Origin: Camelus ferus
Taxonomy: Eukaryota
Direction: 5' to 3'
Length of the DNA: 64,000 nt
NCBI RefSeq assembly: GCF_009834535.1
Contig: NC_045697.1
Span: 34,102,001 to 34,166,000 of the forward strand
How positions within the stretch are numbered: the stretch's first letter is position 1; each line of letters begins with the position of its first letter. The notes beneath the pieces are model-generated. The model worked only from the letters and a program-made list of their open reading frames with translations. It made no database searches and had not been told where the DNA came from. A program made the translations under genes and the position numbers. Shown here piece by piece: positions 1 to 15,068 of the stretch.

Positions 1-3000
1 GCCTAGCCCTGGATCCCACAGAGCAGGGCTCAGTAATCTACAGAAGGCACTCAGTTCCTCCAAACACAAGTCAAAATAGACCTCACTTCCTTATTTGATA
101 GGATTGTAAAATCATTGAATCAGGAAAATGTGATAAATACAGAGACACAGACTCAAAGCTGAAACTATTAGGCAAATATTAAATGAATAAATGATGGTGC
201 CACCCCACGAAGTGCTGATTGAAGACTTTTGACATCAGCTGAGAGGGATATTGCCAAGAAAGTGTGATAGGGCTCTGTCTTTGTCTCTGCCATCCCACAT
301 TTGTCTCACTCAAGGGAATAGTGATAAAAGGCATATTTATCAAATTTGAAGAGAACACGAAACTAAGAGGGTGAGCAAATAAAGATAAAAAAAAGAAAAA
401 AACCTCAGAACCAGTTTGTGCCTCCAAAAAAAAAAAAAAAAGTCAAAGGCAAGTCAAATTGAATTAGATAAAATTTAATGGAGACAATATTAGATCCTAT
501 ATTTGCGTCCAAAGGAAAAAAAAAATCATGTGATTGTCAAAAAAGTTAATTTAATTTGTACTGCTTTCCTAGAGGACCAGTGACTTGAATAGGGGAAGTC
601 CTGCTCTTTGCTAGCCAGCTACACCAAAAATAGCGTGAGTTGGACAGGCATGGCAGGAAGCATGTGAGAACGTCCATCATCAGCGTGGGGCCAGAAAAGT
701 GGTAGAGGAGGTCAGGTAGGGCCAGACAGAGACTCAGCCTCCAAGAGGGCATCTGAACAACCCAAGGGGTAACTACTGCATGCCGTCCCACCTGACAGGC
801 AGTATCATTATGAGAAATTACAGGTGGCAGCCAAGTTAGAAGTCAGGACAAGCCACAATCAGGGTCAGAAGATCTGAAGAAGGCAGCAGGAGTCCCACCA
901 GTGGGAGAGTTAAGAGGAGCTGGATATATTCCAAATAAAGAAAGCATGGAAGGAAATCTGAGGCAGTGCACTAGAGCCCCTGTGGGTATCTGAGGTCCAG
1001 CAAAGCCATTTCGCCATCAAGCCCTGTAGGCAAAATGTCTACATACTATGAGTTTCTCAAGGGTCTTAAATAATTATTGGCTCCAAAATACAAAAGAAAA
1101 ACTACAATATTAAAGCTACTATAATATGATGTTAACAAGTCAGCTGCAGCCCAGTGCTTTTATAGTGACATGGAAATTAGGTTTAACACGGGATGTGAAT
1201 GCATTTGATGCAATTAACATAATGTGGGAAGGTGTTTCCAAAAGCAAAAGTGTCTGGGATCTTTAAATGGAAATGATCTAGTGTCGACAAGGATTAATGG
1301 ACTATGTGGTATTAAGCAGTCAGATATGAAGGAGCAAGAAAGTCATTCTGGAAATTTACTCATCGGCCAAACATAGGAGGTGCCAAGGCGTGAGGAGTGG
1401 GGAGAAGCCTGAGCACCCTGACCTCGCTCCTGGTGCATCCGGTCCTAGGTCTGACTGGACATGGAGGGGAGGGAGGCTTCTCAGAGAAGGCTTAAGAAGC
1501 CAGGAAACATGCCTGGACTTTCAGACTCCAAATCTGAAGGATGAGCTATAATTCTAAATCCGCTGCTCCCTGCTTTCTAAATCAGTCAGGAGTGGCTCAA
1601 TGCCCACGGCAGGATTCATCTTGGAGGTGAGTCAACACCACAGGAAAACTCAAAAAGAGGGAGAAGAGACAGGTAGACATGACCTCCTCTCTGTCTGGGG
1701 CTCCTGTGCTTCAAGGGGCATAGAAGCAAACAGGAAACTACTGAGAGGAGAAACGCTTCATAGATTGAGTCTATCCTGGGAGGGACCAGGGCCTGAAGAA
1801 GGAAACACTGAAAGGGATCATAAGAGATGTCCCCCAAAACGGGAGGCTCTGCCCTGTCAAAAAGGTACTGGGTTTGTTTTCTGTTAGCACAAGGGGTAGA
1901 CAAGGACCAGATGGGGAAGGATCTCCGAGAAGATGAATTTTTACTTATTACAAGGACACATTTTCTAGTGATTACCTAAAAATATAATTAACTACCGAGC
2001 TGAGTGAGAAAATACTGAGTGGGCTATCCCTAGGGTCAGGAGGACCACTCATACGCTGGGTCTTCAGATAGGAGTCAGTTATTAAGTGGGCTGTTGCATA
2101 GATTTGTACTTACAGATTCTTAATATTTGTGAGAATGCTTTTAAAATCTGGCTTCAGTGTTTGCTGCTTCTTAGGACATCATGGGCACACAGAGATGCAT
2201 GGGATAGGAATCCAAGCAGCCTTTAGAATAAATGTTACAGCAGATTGTGAGCCACTGGAAAGATTAGACCCAGCTGGTTTGCTTATCTGCCTCTGAGACG
2301 CACCATTACAAATATCTAATAACCTTGGAATGGGAAGGGTCTACAAAGCTACAGGAGAAGAGACATCGATAAATTCCTAACATTTCTGCCCTCATGTGGA
2401 AGGAGGGGGAGGAATTGGAGAGTAGGAGACTACTAAGCTTATTTCAGTAGGTCAGTTGAAATGTCAATCATGAGCGTAACCAATCAGGTGCCAGTAATGA
2501 CTGACGTAAACAGGAAGTGAAGACACTGGCTCTTATAACGGGATTGGCCACTCTCCACTGAGCATTTTTTTACCCACAGCTCAGAGGGAGGGAAATCTTC
2601 TCTCCTCCAACTTTTGAATACAAGTCCTAGTTTTCTCTAGTACTGGACCAATTTGGGTCACATGCCTATTTCCAAGCAATTAATTTGGTCTTAGAATTGC
2701 TATGACCTAATTGTTTTGGACCTGGGTGATTACTAACCCTGAGCCAGTCACAATAGCAAAGGGGATGGTATTTTAACAATTGCCTGAAGCCCATCAAGCC
2801 CCACACTATGAGACTTGCCATGAGGCTGTGGCTGCCCCACAAAGGGAAACCCATTTACTGATGCCCACTCATGGATTAGCAGCTTAAATCCATTTTCTCA
2901 AGCACAGGCTCTGTACAATTTTAGACAATCCCTGGCTCTATTCAGCACAGCGGGGAGTAATTTTTATTTCCAGATTAGAAAATGCATCCAATATAGAGTG

Positions 3001-4204
3001 TTTCAAATAGTGAAGAGAAACACTAACATCCAGATCCTTCTACGTTTGTACTAGCCACATGCATCTTTATCCACCAACATCAACTTAATTTTATCTGCAC
3101 TTTCTGCACCACTAAGAAGTCCTCAGGGGCCGAGAGGAAATTCTGAGAGCTTCTGGATAGTTATTGTTGCTAGGAAACCATATCCTTGGCATCCAAGTGT
3201 TTGGGCTTTGTGAAGACACTGTGTGAAGTCCCTGGTTCATAAAGGAAATCTTTGGTAAACAGGTTGTTTGGGTGTGAGTAAATTGATGTTCGCTCTCTGT
3301 GGCAAAATGTTCTTGTGTAATCTTTGAACAATAGTTTATTTCCAGGCCACTGTTCTTTCCTTTGGGCCCAGCAGCCATTATTGTTCCCACGACAACTCAC
3401 ACGTCTACCTGAAATGGAGTGAACATTCTTTTTCCCTTCCAAATCAACTATAATTTTCTCAGTGCCTTGAACTCTGAGTCTAATGGGTTTTAGTTAAACA
3501 AAGTGCAAGCGAGCTTGGGAATACAGACCCAGACCACTGATCATAGAAATTGTTAAAAACTGTTAAAATTCACTTTGATTGATAGCCATATTCCAGCTCT
3601 TTTATTGTGCAAGGCATCAAAGTGTTCCGCTGCTCCACAGAAGCAGAAGACAGTGAGAAGTGGTGTTTGGGCTCACCCACTGTCCTGTCCCTGTCTCAAC
3701 GCCAAACTGCAAGCCATCCCTGGTCCCTCAACTCTAGTTATTGCTTACATGTTTCTCCCCTGGAAGTCTGTAATTCGAAGATCATCTTGAGGCTGTAATT
3801 TATCACCTCGTCATTCAGTGAGCCTAGAACGAATAAGCAGCTTTTTCCATTTCCTTGGTGCCCAGACCCACTGTAAGTCCCCTAAGAGCAGAACCATCTT
3901 AGTCAAGGAGGAAATCTAGCTCAAGAATGCTACCAAATAAGTCACCTCTGTCAGGTTACAGTCTGAGACAGAAAACTTAGAAGCAGTAAACAACAGTCAC
4001 GAATGCATTTATTCAGAAACATGTATTGGATACATAACTGTGCACAGAATCTGCTCCAGGCATCAGGAATATTTTTAATGAATAAAAAAAAAAGTCTTTG
4101 CTTTCAGAAAGTGTATAATATAATGAGAGATGTAGGAGGTAAGAGGCAGAGATAAACACAGAGCCATGTAAATAAATGAAGTATTTGCACTGTAAGATGT
4201 ACTA

Positions 4205-5250
4205 TGAGCTGACAGGATCCCAATCAGGAAAGCAGAAACCACACAAGGTTTTTCAAAAAGGGAATTTAATAGAGAGAATTGGTTACAAGGATGGAACAAG
4301 CTGGAAAAGCAAAGAAGAGGAGGGAAAAAGGATGCTAAAGAAGCAAATGCCAGAAGCTGCTAATACTCCTGCGCAAGGGCCCGTGAGTCCGAATCTGTTA
4401 GATCTTGTAGAAATGCTGTTCTAATTGTTTGCAGAGTCACCAGAAGAGGTGCTGTGCGAGTCTGGAACCACCCACTTGCCCCGGCAGCAATCACCAGCGA
4501 CAGCGGCACTACCACACTGCCAGAGACAGAATTGAGAGCCTTACCCCAACCCTTCTACCTTTCATCTTCATCCCGTTCTTCCTAGGGGCAGCATCTAGCA
4601 GGAAGCCAGGGAGACGGAGAGCCCAGCCCCAGTGGTACAGAGCAGAGTGTAGAAAGCGGGATAAGACGCACAGAAACAGCACATGGAGGACTGGCACACA
4701 GAGGTTTTAACGAAAAGCTCTGGTTATCCTAAATTAGGAGCAAAATAATTCTTCTCTAGAAGAGAAAGAGTATATCAGTCTGGATGCTGCTGCAGATAGC
4801 AGAAGCCCACTTGGCTAACTTAAGCAAGAAGAGATTTAATAGAAGGAAGCGATGCTCACAAAATTGAAAGACTGAAGTCATAGGCTCTAGGCTGGGCAGC
4901 TAGAAATAACTGCCAGCACCACAGTGCAGACTGGCCCTCCAAGGGGACTGGTGGCTTCACCACCGTCAGGAAGCTGGTAACAAGTAGCCCCTGCCATCAT
5001 GTGGACTCCAGGACCTCAGAAAGCTAAAACCGGAATTCCTGGTTCCAGAGCCATCTGTACTGAATGAGATGCGTCAGCACAGTGAGAGCCTCAAATATCA
5101 CCTTTGACATCATTGAGCTTTATCTAATGCAGGGAGCCTAGGTCACACCCACAACCTCAGTGGCAAAGGAATCTGAGAAATGTCGTTTTAGCTTGCCTAA
5201 AGATTAGAACACGTGCTCAAGAAAGCCAATCCATGCAGCACCTGCCACAG
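4205..5250. mobile_element. Two adjacent old LTR relics (ERVL/MaLR-like)
   Basis: caatcaggaaagcagaaaccacac...ggaatttaatagagagaattggttac (~4205-4700) and gcagaagcccacttggctaacttaagcaagaagagatttaat (~4770-5250). Confidence 0.5.
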
Positions 5251-5449
5251 AAGGATTTCAAAAGAAATTTTGTGGTGAAATATGTAACATTTTACATGAA
5301 TTATTCACGCTCCAGGAGGGCAGGAGCCATGTCAGCTTTACTCACCCCAGTAGCCACAGGACTCTTCCACCCCCAGCACACAGTCAGCCCTCAGTAAATA
5401 CCTGCTTGTTGAATGAGTAAGACACACACATGGGTTAGTGCCTGATGGT

Positions 5450-7500
5450 CAAGTTAAGTAGCACAAAGCTATGAGTCTGATTTTTTAGAGCTGTCTTGAA
5501 TTTTCTGATTTGTTTTTTTCTAACTTTAGAATCACTTTGTCTAGTTCCCCAAAGCATGAAAACACATTGGTGCTATTAGACAATCACGCTAAAGTAAATA
5601 AACGTATGATGTTGAGTCTTATTCAAAGCATGGTATGTCTTTTCATTTGTTCAAGGCTTCTTTGGTGCCTTTCAAAGGTGTTTCAAATGTCGCTTCATGT
5701 GCCTTGCCTGTTTCTAAGTTTATTACTAGATATTTCTTGTCTCTATTTTTAAAGAGGCCTTTTTCTTCTATTATATGTTATGAACATATATAAAATACAT
5801 GCTTTTATACATGAAAGCTACCCATTCCTATAGAGTAATTTTGTACCCCACAATCATACTAAATTCTATTGTTTGCAATAGTCACTCAGTTAATTCTTTA
5901 GGGTTTACTGGTTATACAATTGTATAATTACTAAATCTTAATAGTTTAACCAGCAGTTTTCCAACTTTATAATTCAATTTTCTTTCTTTTGTCTAAAGCA
6001 TTGGTTGGTATTTCCAGAATAATGTTAAAAACAATAGCAATGGTAGTGGACACTCTTATCTTGCTCCTAACTTTCATGGGGCTGTTCTACTGTTTCTACA
6101 ATAGGCATGACGCTGGCTTTGAGGCTGAGATAGATGTATCTTATCATGTTAAGGAACTATTCATCTATTCATATTTATTGAGTAACATTATTCATTTTGT
6201 TAAAAAAAACAGAATGGCTATTAAATTTTGTCAAATACCTTTTAGCAGCTGTGTAAATAACTGTATTTTTTTTCCTCCTTAGATCTGTTAATATAATGAA
6301 GTATATTAGCAGATTTTCTAATGTTGAACCATGTGTACTCTTAGAATAAACCCCACTCGTTATGCTTTGCTGTTTAATGTACCGCTGGGTTTTGTTTGCC
6401 TAATATACTCTGCTTACTTTGTGAACATAATTTGAAAGTTTTCATTCTTAGGCTATACTTTGGAACTGTTTAAGCAGAAATCGCATTATCAGTTTTTAAA
6501 TGTTTGAGTCTAGTGTTTATTTGTTTGTAGGGAGTAACATCAAGCTATTTTGATCTTCCATCTCTCCTGATTTGGGGTTTTGTAAATGCTTGAAAATTAT
6601 CCATTTCATTCAGATTTTCAAATTTGTTGCATAGACTTGAGCAGAGCAGTCTTACAATTCTTCACAGCCCCCCTGTTTCCACAGTGCCTTCTGCCTATGA
6701 TGTCTTAGTTATCCTAATTCACTGGTTTGATCGGTGTCTTCTGTAGAAGAGTTTCCTCAAACAGGTCCCTGTGTGATGTGTTCTCTGATTTTCATGTATC
6801 TTCTCTGGAAAGAGGCAGTATCTGGGCAGGAGAATGGGGCTGTTGAGTTTCTGAGTTGCTGTCCTTTTGCCTTCTTTCCAGATGTTCTGTATTGTTATTC
6901 TACAATCCTTTCCTTTCTAGAGCTGCACATCAGAAATCCGATACTTTTTCCCTGTGAAAACACCTTGTACTCTCTGTCTGGAAAGTTGTAAGATTATTTT
7001 TTAACCCTTGGAGTTCAGGAATGATATCAGGATTACCTAACATAATGAACCTTCAATATGCAAAATGGTTGATGTATTAAATTCAGGGATGTTTGTTTTT
7101 TCTTTATGTGTGTTATTTGTGGCTCTTCTTGTTCTTTCAAGGGTGCCCACTCTTCATGTGTTAGCTCTCCGAGATGAGTCTTTCAGAGCCCTTGTATTTT
7201 CTCCATGCTTTCCAAATCTCTCTAATTTTGTCTTCCAAGCCACAAATCTGGCCTCACCAGTGACCATCTTCTCAACTTATCTAACACTTTTTTTAATTAA
7301 AAACTATGGGTTTTAGGACAAGGAAGTAAGGAATTTTTTGTGTTGTACCAAATATTCTTGTGTGTTCCTATATTTTGAATAAGGTGGGAAATGAAATCTG
7401 CTTCTTCCACCACTTCTCACAAGGGACCATTTATTCTGGATGTTCTGCTCTTTTCCTTCTCTAGGATGATGGGGTTTTTTGTATAAATATTATTGTTTTT
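5450..7500 (-). mobile_element. Old, highly diverged L1 (L1ME/L1M-like) fragments
   Basis: T-rich tract with antisense ORF2-like motifs (ttttagaatcactttgtctagttcc, tcttatcttgctcctaacttt, aatgttgaaccat, aataaaccccact). Confidence 0.6.
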
Positions 7501-8184
7501 CTTGCACATCTCTTTACATTTGAGCCCAGCTGCCAGAGCATCCTAAACGGAAACAGTGTTCTAGGTGGAAAGCGTGGTGGGCTCCAGGCAAGTTGGCATT
7601 CCCCTGCTGGTGCACCAGGAGGCAGCCTCTGTCTCCTCTCTCTCTCCCTCTTTCTCTTTCAGACACTCAGCCCACTTTTTCGACTTTCCTACATCTCATT
7701 AAGGGGCTGGAAAAAAACAGCAGTTCCTCCAGATAGTCACACAAGTGCTAGCAATCTTCATTTAATAGGCTCCCCAAATCCCTGAACCCAGCTTTCTTCC
7801 ATAATCTCCCTGTTCTAATCCCCATCCAGGGACCCCATGCCAAGTCCCCAGGTTCTCTCTTTTTCCTGAGGGGGAAGAAATCCCATGACATCACTGTCTA
7901 CTAGATCCAGACAAAGCCGAGATCTCAGTCCCCAGATCTTACTTCATGCTGAGCTTAGAAGTTCACAGTTGAATCAGAAGTGGAAGAGAGGGCATCAGGG
8001 TTGAATTCAAGCTGTCTTGTTGCCACTGGCCATTTCCCTTTGGGAAGGAGGTTCTTGTTCTAGAACCTATAAATGGGCTACAAGGGAATCCATGATGTTC
8101 TACAATTATCATCAAATTGTATTTGTTTACCTATCTGTACCTATGTATTATTTGTATATCTTTCTGTAGAATTTTTTCAGAAGT

Positions 8185-9300
8185 TGTTTTTTAAGAATAT
8201 TTTTAAAACCGTTGTAGGTTCACAGCAAAATTGAGGGGAAGATACAGAGATTTCCCATATACCTCTTGCCCCCACACTTGCACAGCCCCCCATGCTATCA
8301 GCGTCCCCCACCAAAGTGGTGCATTTGTTACAACTGATGAACCTGCACGGACACATCGTTATCACCCAGAGTCCATAGTTTACTTCAGGGCTCACTCTTA
8401 GTGCTGTCCGTTCTGTGGGTTTAGATAAATGCATGATGACATGTACCCACCACTGTGGTATCACACAGAGTATTTTCATTGCTCTTCAAAGACCTTCTGT
8501 GCTCTGTCTATTTATCCCTCCCATCCCCTCAACCCCTGGCCACCACTGATATTACTGTCTCCACAGGTTTGCCTTTGCCAGAATGTCACAGAGCTGGAAT
8601 CATACAGTATGTAGCCATCTCAGGTTGACTTTTCCACTTAGTGATATATATTTAAGTTTCCCCCATGTCTTTTCTTGGGTTGATAGCTCATTTCTTTTTA
8701 TCATGAGTAATATGCCATTGCCTAGGTGTACCACAGTTTATCAAAAGACCAAAGGACATGTTGGTTGCTCCCAAGTTTGGGCAATTATAAATAAAACTGC
8801 TGTAAACACCTGTGTACAGGTTTTTGTGTGGACATAAGTTTTCATTTCATTGAGGTAAAAACCAAGGAGCATGACTGCTATATCATATGATTAGAGTACG
8901 TTTAGCTTTGTGAGAAACTGCAAACTGGCTGTACTGTTTTGTATTCCCACCAGCAATGAATGAGAGTTCTTACTGCTCCACATCCTCTCCAGCATTTGGT
9001 TGTGTCAGTATTCCTGACTTTTGACCATTCTGATAGGTGTGTAGTAGTATCACACGATTGTTTTAATTTGCATTTCTCTAACAACATATCATGTGGAGCA
9101 TCTTTTCATGTGCTTATTTGCTATCTGTATATCTCCTTTGGTGAGATGTCTGCTAAGGTCTTTGCCCATTTTTTTAATCAGATTTTTTTGGTTTTTTACT
9201 GCCAAGTTTTAAGATCTTTCATATTTTGGGTAACAGTCCTTTAACAGTTGTGTCTTTTGCATATACTTTTCACCCAGTGTGTGACTTGTCTTCTCATTGA
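8185..9300 (-). mobile_element. L1MC-like LINE-1 3' fragment
   Basis: Antisense L1 3'UTR/ORF2-end motifs (aggttcacagcaaaattgag, ttcccaccagcaatgaatgagagtt, ttttaatttgcatttctct). The minus-strand ORF 8902..9087 is an ORF2 remnant. Confidence 0.85.
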
Positions 9301-10862
9301 GTTCAGAAGGTCCTATCAGATTCTCAAAGAGATGCTAAGAATCACAGCCTTACAGAGCCATGCTCAAATACAGAGCCCCCAGTACACCAGTTAGTTCCAT
9401 GTAGATTGCTCTGAGTCCACTGGGCAAAGTGGATCTCACAGCCTCTCAGACCCTGAAGATTATACCCAGAAATAAATATCTTCTATTTCTATGTCCACAC
9501 TTGGGTCATTGTGAAATGGGTTACTGACTATGAAAGATTACCCTTTGAAGAAAGGGCAAGTTCTTGGACCTAAGAGAGAAATGGTTTAAAGAGAAATAAA
9601 ATAAAACAAATTGAAATATATTACAGTAAATAATAACCTCTATACGGCAAAAGTAACAAATATAAAACAATTGTGAATTCAATGAGTTCAGGGATAAGAA
9701 TTCTAAAAAGAGATTTCTGAAAAGAAGTTAGAAATGTTTAAAGCCATAAAGTTAAAACAGTTTTATTTCCCCTCAAAAAAAAAAAAAGGGAAGAATAACT
9801 TAAATTTTCTCACATTCTTTCAAGGATATGTTGATAGTGATCCATTGGCACTTGGCATTCAACTTCTAAATTTTAAATATATTATTTTTTATCTCTTGAG
9901 AAAACGTTTCTCACTTTAATCAAAAGTAGGTCAGCAAAATGTCTACTACATCATATGGTTACTTTTGAAACACAAGCCTTAGTATTTCTAATGGGAAAAG
10001 ATTTGATGCTTTTTATTTGAGGTGACTATAAATAGAAAATAACCTTAGAAAGACCTTTTTGTCTCTAGCAGAAAGTTACAAATGTAGTGTTCTATATGTC
10101 TTAAATGATTTTTAGATTTTTTTAATATATCAATACATTGTTTTTATGCAAGCTGCCCTAATATATGACCATAACTCAGTTAGACCACTGGCTAGTAGGA
10201 GCAGAAGTGGAAAGGGAAATAGATTTCAGGACAGACCCTTCTACAATCTTCTACTCATTCCCCTTAAATCACTTAAAGCTCATTCTCATATAAAGATAGC
10301 TTCAAAAATTCATGTAGTTTCTAAAATTTTCACCTATACAGTAGCTATAATCAAAGGATATAAATAGAAGCTTGCCTAATTTTCTAAAAAAAAAAAGTAT
10401 ACTTCCTTTTTGAACGTCGATCATTTAATGGGTATGTACAAAATTGGGCTTTCATTATACTCCATCCCTTTACCTCTTCTGTTTCCCTTTTAACAAATAT
10501 GTGCTCAATTATTATACTTGTTGTTGTTAAATAATGCATAGTCAAAATCTATGCCCAGGCACCTGGAATCTAGGCATTCCCTAATTTAACCAAAGAGTGC
10601 CCGTTGGTAGACACAATGAATAAATATGCAGTGATGTCAGGTATCACTGAATGATAGATCACAGAGCATATGCTCATTAAAGTAAGGTGTCCATCTTCTC
10701 AACGCAGCCACAACCAACCAACAGAAATAGCACACAACACGAAACCTCTTATGTCATCCTGATTTACAGCAATAGCATCTTACCATCAGTTGCTGGGGAT
10801 TTTCTCTTCAGATCTCAAACTGTCTTCAAAATGAATTTCTAGGCCAACTGAGCTCCATTTAA

Positions 10863-11048
<186 letters not shown>

Positions 11049-11095
11049 TAGGGGGTGCTGAGAAATAAGGTGGCTTCAACCAAAAGGTGACTTGA

Positions 11096-11314
<219 letters not shown>

Positions 11315-12040
11315 TAGCTTCAAACAACCACCAGGGATAGAATTATAGGCAAGGGCTTGGGCAAGGGCTGCTCTCATAAGTAGCCAAAGAATGAGATTAC
11401 CATGAGAGTGCTTGCTAATAAAACATCTAAGTATAAGCACTTACAGAGTGAATGTTTTACAACATAATATCTTTTTATAATTTTACCAAAGTAAAAAAAA
11501 AAATCCTGGAGTACATTCAACACTACATAAATGCTTCTTAGAGCATATTTTAAAATTCTCATTACATTAATTTTTACTAACTTTGTGATTTCTTCTTTGG
11601 TTCCTGCTTTTTACAGTGGAGAACATTATTGCGTTATTCTCAAATGGATTTGGAGACAGCTGAACCTTGTAACTATTAACAAGCTATATCAATTGTTGTG
11701 AAATACTATCTTTTGAAAATTAACTATAGTTCAATTGTATCGATCTTAGTATCTCTTAAATGGAGCTCCTTGCCCTTGAATAAGGCACAGACAATTCATC
11801 AGCTGCATTCGTGATCTGTGGTTAGGACAGAATAAGAATGATTTCCTTCCTGAGGGAACAAAATTCAGAATTAATCTTGCCATGATTGAGTAATTGCTGC
11901 AAGTGGAAGGCTGTATTTGAGACTTTAAAGATTCCTTAGAAAGTTAGAATTTGTAAGGTCTGTCTAATGAATCTGGATACATGTGGGTCTGCGTCATTAT
12001 TCGATCCTACAGCCATTTTAGTTATCACTTTCTGGGGCTT

Positions 12041-12043
<3 letters not shown>

Positions 12044-12075
<32 letters not shown>
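12044..12075. repeat. (CA)16 microsatellite, GABRB1 intron 7
   Basis: Perfect dinucleotide run. Confidence 0.97.
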
Positions 12076-12078
<3 letters not shown>

Positions 12079-14189
12079 CATACACACAAGAGCATCATTC
12101 ATGAATAAGCTAACATATACACCTCTTTTCTTCTGAGACTACAGAGCTGGATTAGATGATCGGCATACCCTTTCATACCTAGACTAATCGTCAACTGTAA
12201 AGCTCATTTTATTGGTCGCGCACATAAGCTTCACAATGTCAAGTTCTGGCAGCCCTTTATTAACCTTTGAACATTCCAAGACTACAGAAAGTAAACAAAT
12301 AGTTTATCACATCATATATATATATGTCTGCACATATTATTTGAATACGAACATGAATGTGAATATATGCTACTGTTAAACAAAAAACATTGGACAATGC
12401 CCACAGCAGGGAAGAAGAGCTACCAAGATCATGGATTGTGGTTCTCCTTACACTTCCATCCTCAGAGCTAATGCTACTTTGATTAGACATGTCAGCACAG
12501 ATGCTGAATAAGCCTGGTCTCTGAAATGCAAAACCTAACGTACTTTAAAACTCATCTAAGTAAATGAGACATTTATTTACTAGCCCTTCTTGCTTAAAAA
12601 ATTTAAACCAAGGAGTAGATGCAGAAGTGGAATAAGTGGATTTTAAATGAACTGTTTCTGTACAGGATGTGAGGTAGAATTATATTAGGGGAAATTTTAA
12701 ATTTTATTCAAAGAAATAAATAGGGGCACTCATGATGCATTTCATATCGGTCCAGCATGTTTAAATTCATCACTGACCTGAACCATTGTGACTTTTTGTA
12801 TTGTAGTTCTGACTTCCTACTTTACCTGTTCTCCTAAAGTTGAGTAGTCAAATCAGGACATCTAAATAGAATAATCTTGACTGGCAAATGAGGGCTAAAC
12901 TGTTGTTTGTTTGGTTTGGTTTGGTTTTTTTTTTTCCCCCTTTTCATTTTCTAACTTCTATTCCCTTTGCCGGTTTTCCTTTGTCTCTAATAATCATTTC
13001 CCATTTCCTGACTTTATTTTTAAGGAACCTCATCAAGTTTTAGATTTTACTTTTTCATCTCTCTGCTTTTATTTTTAATGCCTTTGCTTAACACCTCCTT
13101 ACTCTTTTATCTCTAGCTGATCTACTGCAAAATAACTAATCTCAGAGTTTCTGTTACTCAGCTATAAGATGAGAATAATGCACCTGCCCTATCGTACTGA
13201 GCAAGCTGTTATGACATATAATAATATGTCATATAATTCATAGCTGTAAGTGTTTGAAGCTGTAAAAACACTATACAAATGTGTAATACTTACATTACAG
13301 CATAGTTTAGTATTAGATACTAACATCACTTCTTTTTTTCCCAATTACCATTTCATTGTCACCAACATAAACACAAAATATTATACAGACACACAAACAT
13401 TATTGTTAAGGATGCTATATTTAACAAAGTAGACAAAGTAGAATCTTCCTTTTAAAAGATTACAGTCTTAAATTTCTTTAACAAGTTGAATTTTCAGGAA
13501 GTCTTTTCCTGACTCCAGGGAACTAATTCATTCTATTCTCCAGAATCAAGAAACTAGAGGTAATATTTGAAAAAAAAAAAAACCAATAAAATTATATTTA
13601 AAAATACATATATCAAATACTTGATGCAAATCATGAACTTTCTTATTTGTTTCTTCTTTTCATGTTGACTCATCACAAATGATGCATTGTAATTTTAAAA
13701 GGTGATACTGACCCTATGACCTGGGTATATTACAGATTCATGCAATAAAATAGGTCTCCTCAAACTGGTCACCAACGTTCAGTTCGGTAGTGGCTGCTGT
13801 GGAAATGAGTATTACAAGGACAGATTTAGGAGGGATGTGAGGGAGATGTTGAGAGAAGGAAGAAGAAAAAAGTGGCATGTAACAGCATGAGAGACATTTG
13901 ATAGTAAGCAGTGGGCAAATCAGTGAGATTTTGGGATGACTTTCCATCTACCTTCCTTTTTCTTTTGCACATTATTTTTTATAAAACAGTTCTCAACCCA
14001 GCGCAGAGCATCCTATTTTGTGATTTGCTCATGGACTCCATTGGCAGCCTGCAGCTTTGTCTTTCAAAATGTCTGCCCTTTCTGCCCCATGGTTTATTGC
14101 ATTACTGCCATCATTTGAGGGTACCAACAAGAGAATGGCATCTGTCCCCTCAGCCTTAAAAAGGGAACTTAACAGGTGCATTCAGCTAA

Positions 14190-14489
<300 letters not shown>

Positions 14490-14779
14490 TGAAATTTAGC
14501 AGCAGCATGGTGCTCAGAGCTCCCACAACAGAAAAAAAAAAAAAAACTGTGAAATGTTCATTTATCTTGAATAAGGCTGAAATACCCTTCACTTTACATA
14601 TTTGGAAATTGATGTTGAAGATTACGCAGATTAATAATCTACATAGGCCTGCAGCCTAACGCCAAGCCCATCACATTCTAAACTATATAGTTGTGGAGCT
14701 GTGTGCAAAAGAATAATTCCAGATCTACTTAATCAATAAATGAGGAAACTAAAGTGAACAAACTCTTACTCCGAATGGC

Positions 14780-15068
14780 AGTGAGGCACTAGAGCACAGT
14801 GGTTACAATCACAGACTGGAACCAAACTGCTTGGGTTCAAGCCCCAGCTCTGCCACTTACAGGCTTTAAAATTTCAGGCAGATCGACCTATGTAATTCCT
14901 TATCTAACCTTTGCTCTCAGTGTCATCATCCATAAAATGGAGATTTTCATAGTATATCTATCTCTCAGTTACTGTAAAGACTAAATGAGTTGTGTCATTT
15001 TTTTCAAGCCTAGTATTTGGATCAATACCTAGAACACAGTAAGTACTCAATAAATATTAGCTATTATT
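14780..15068 (+). mobile_element. MIR SINE
   Basis: gcacagtggtta...tgggttcaagccccagctctgccacttac...ctcagtgtcatcatccataaaatgg...agtaagtactcaataaatattagctatt. Further MIRs at ~13130-13280, 26820-27030, 37640-37800, 53170-53390 and 53990-54120. Confidence 0.8.
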
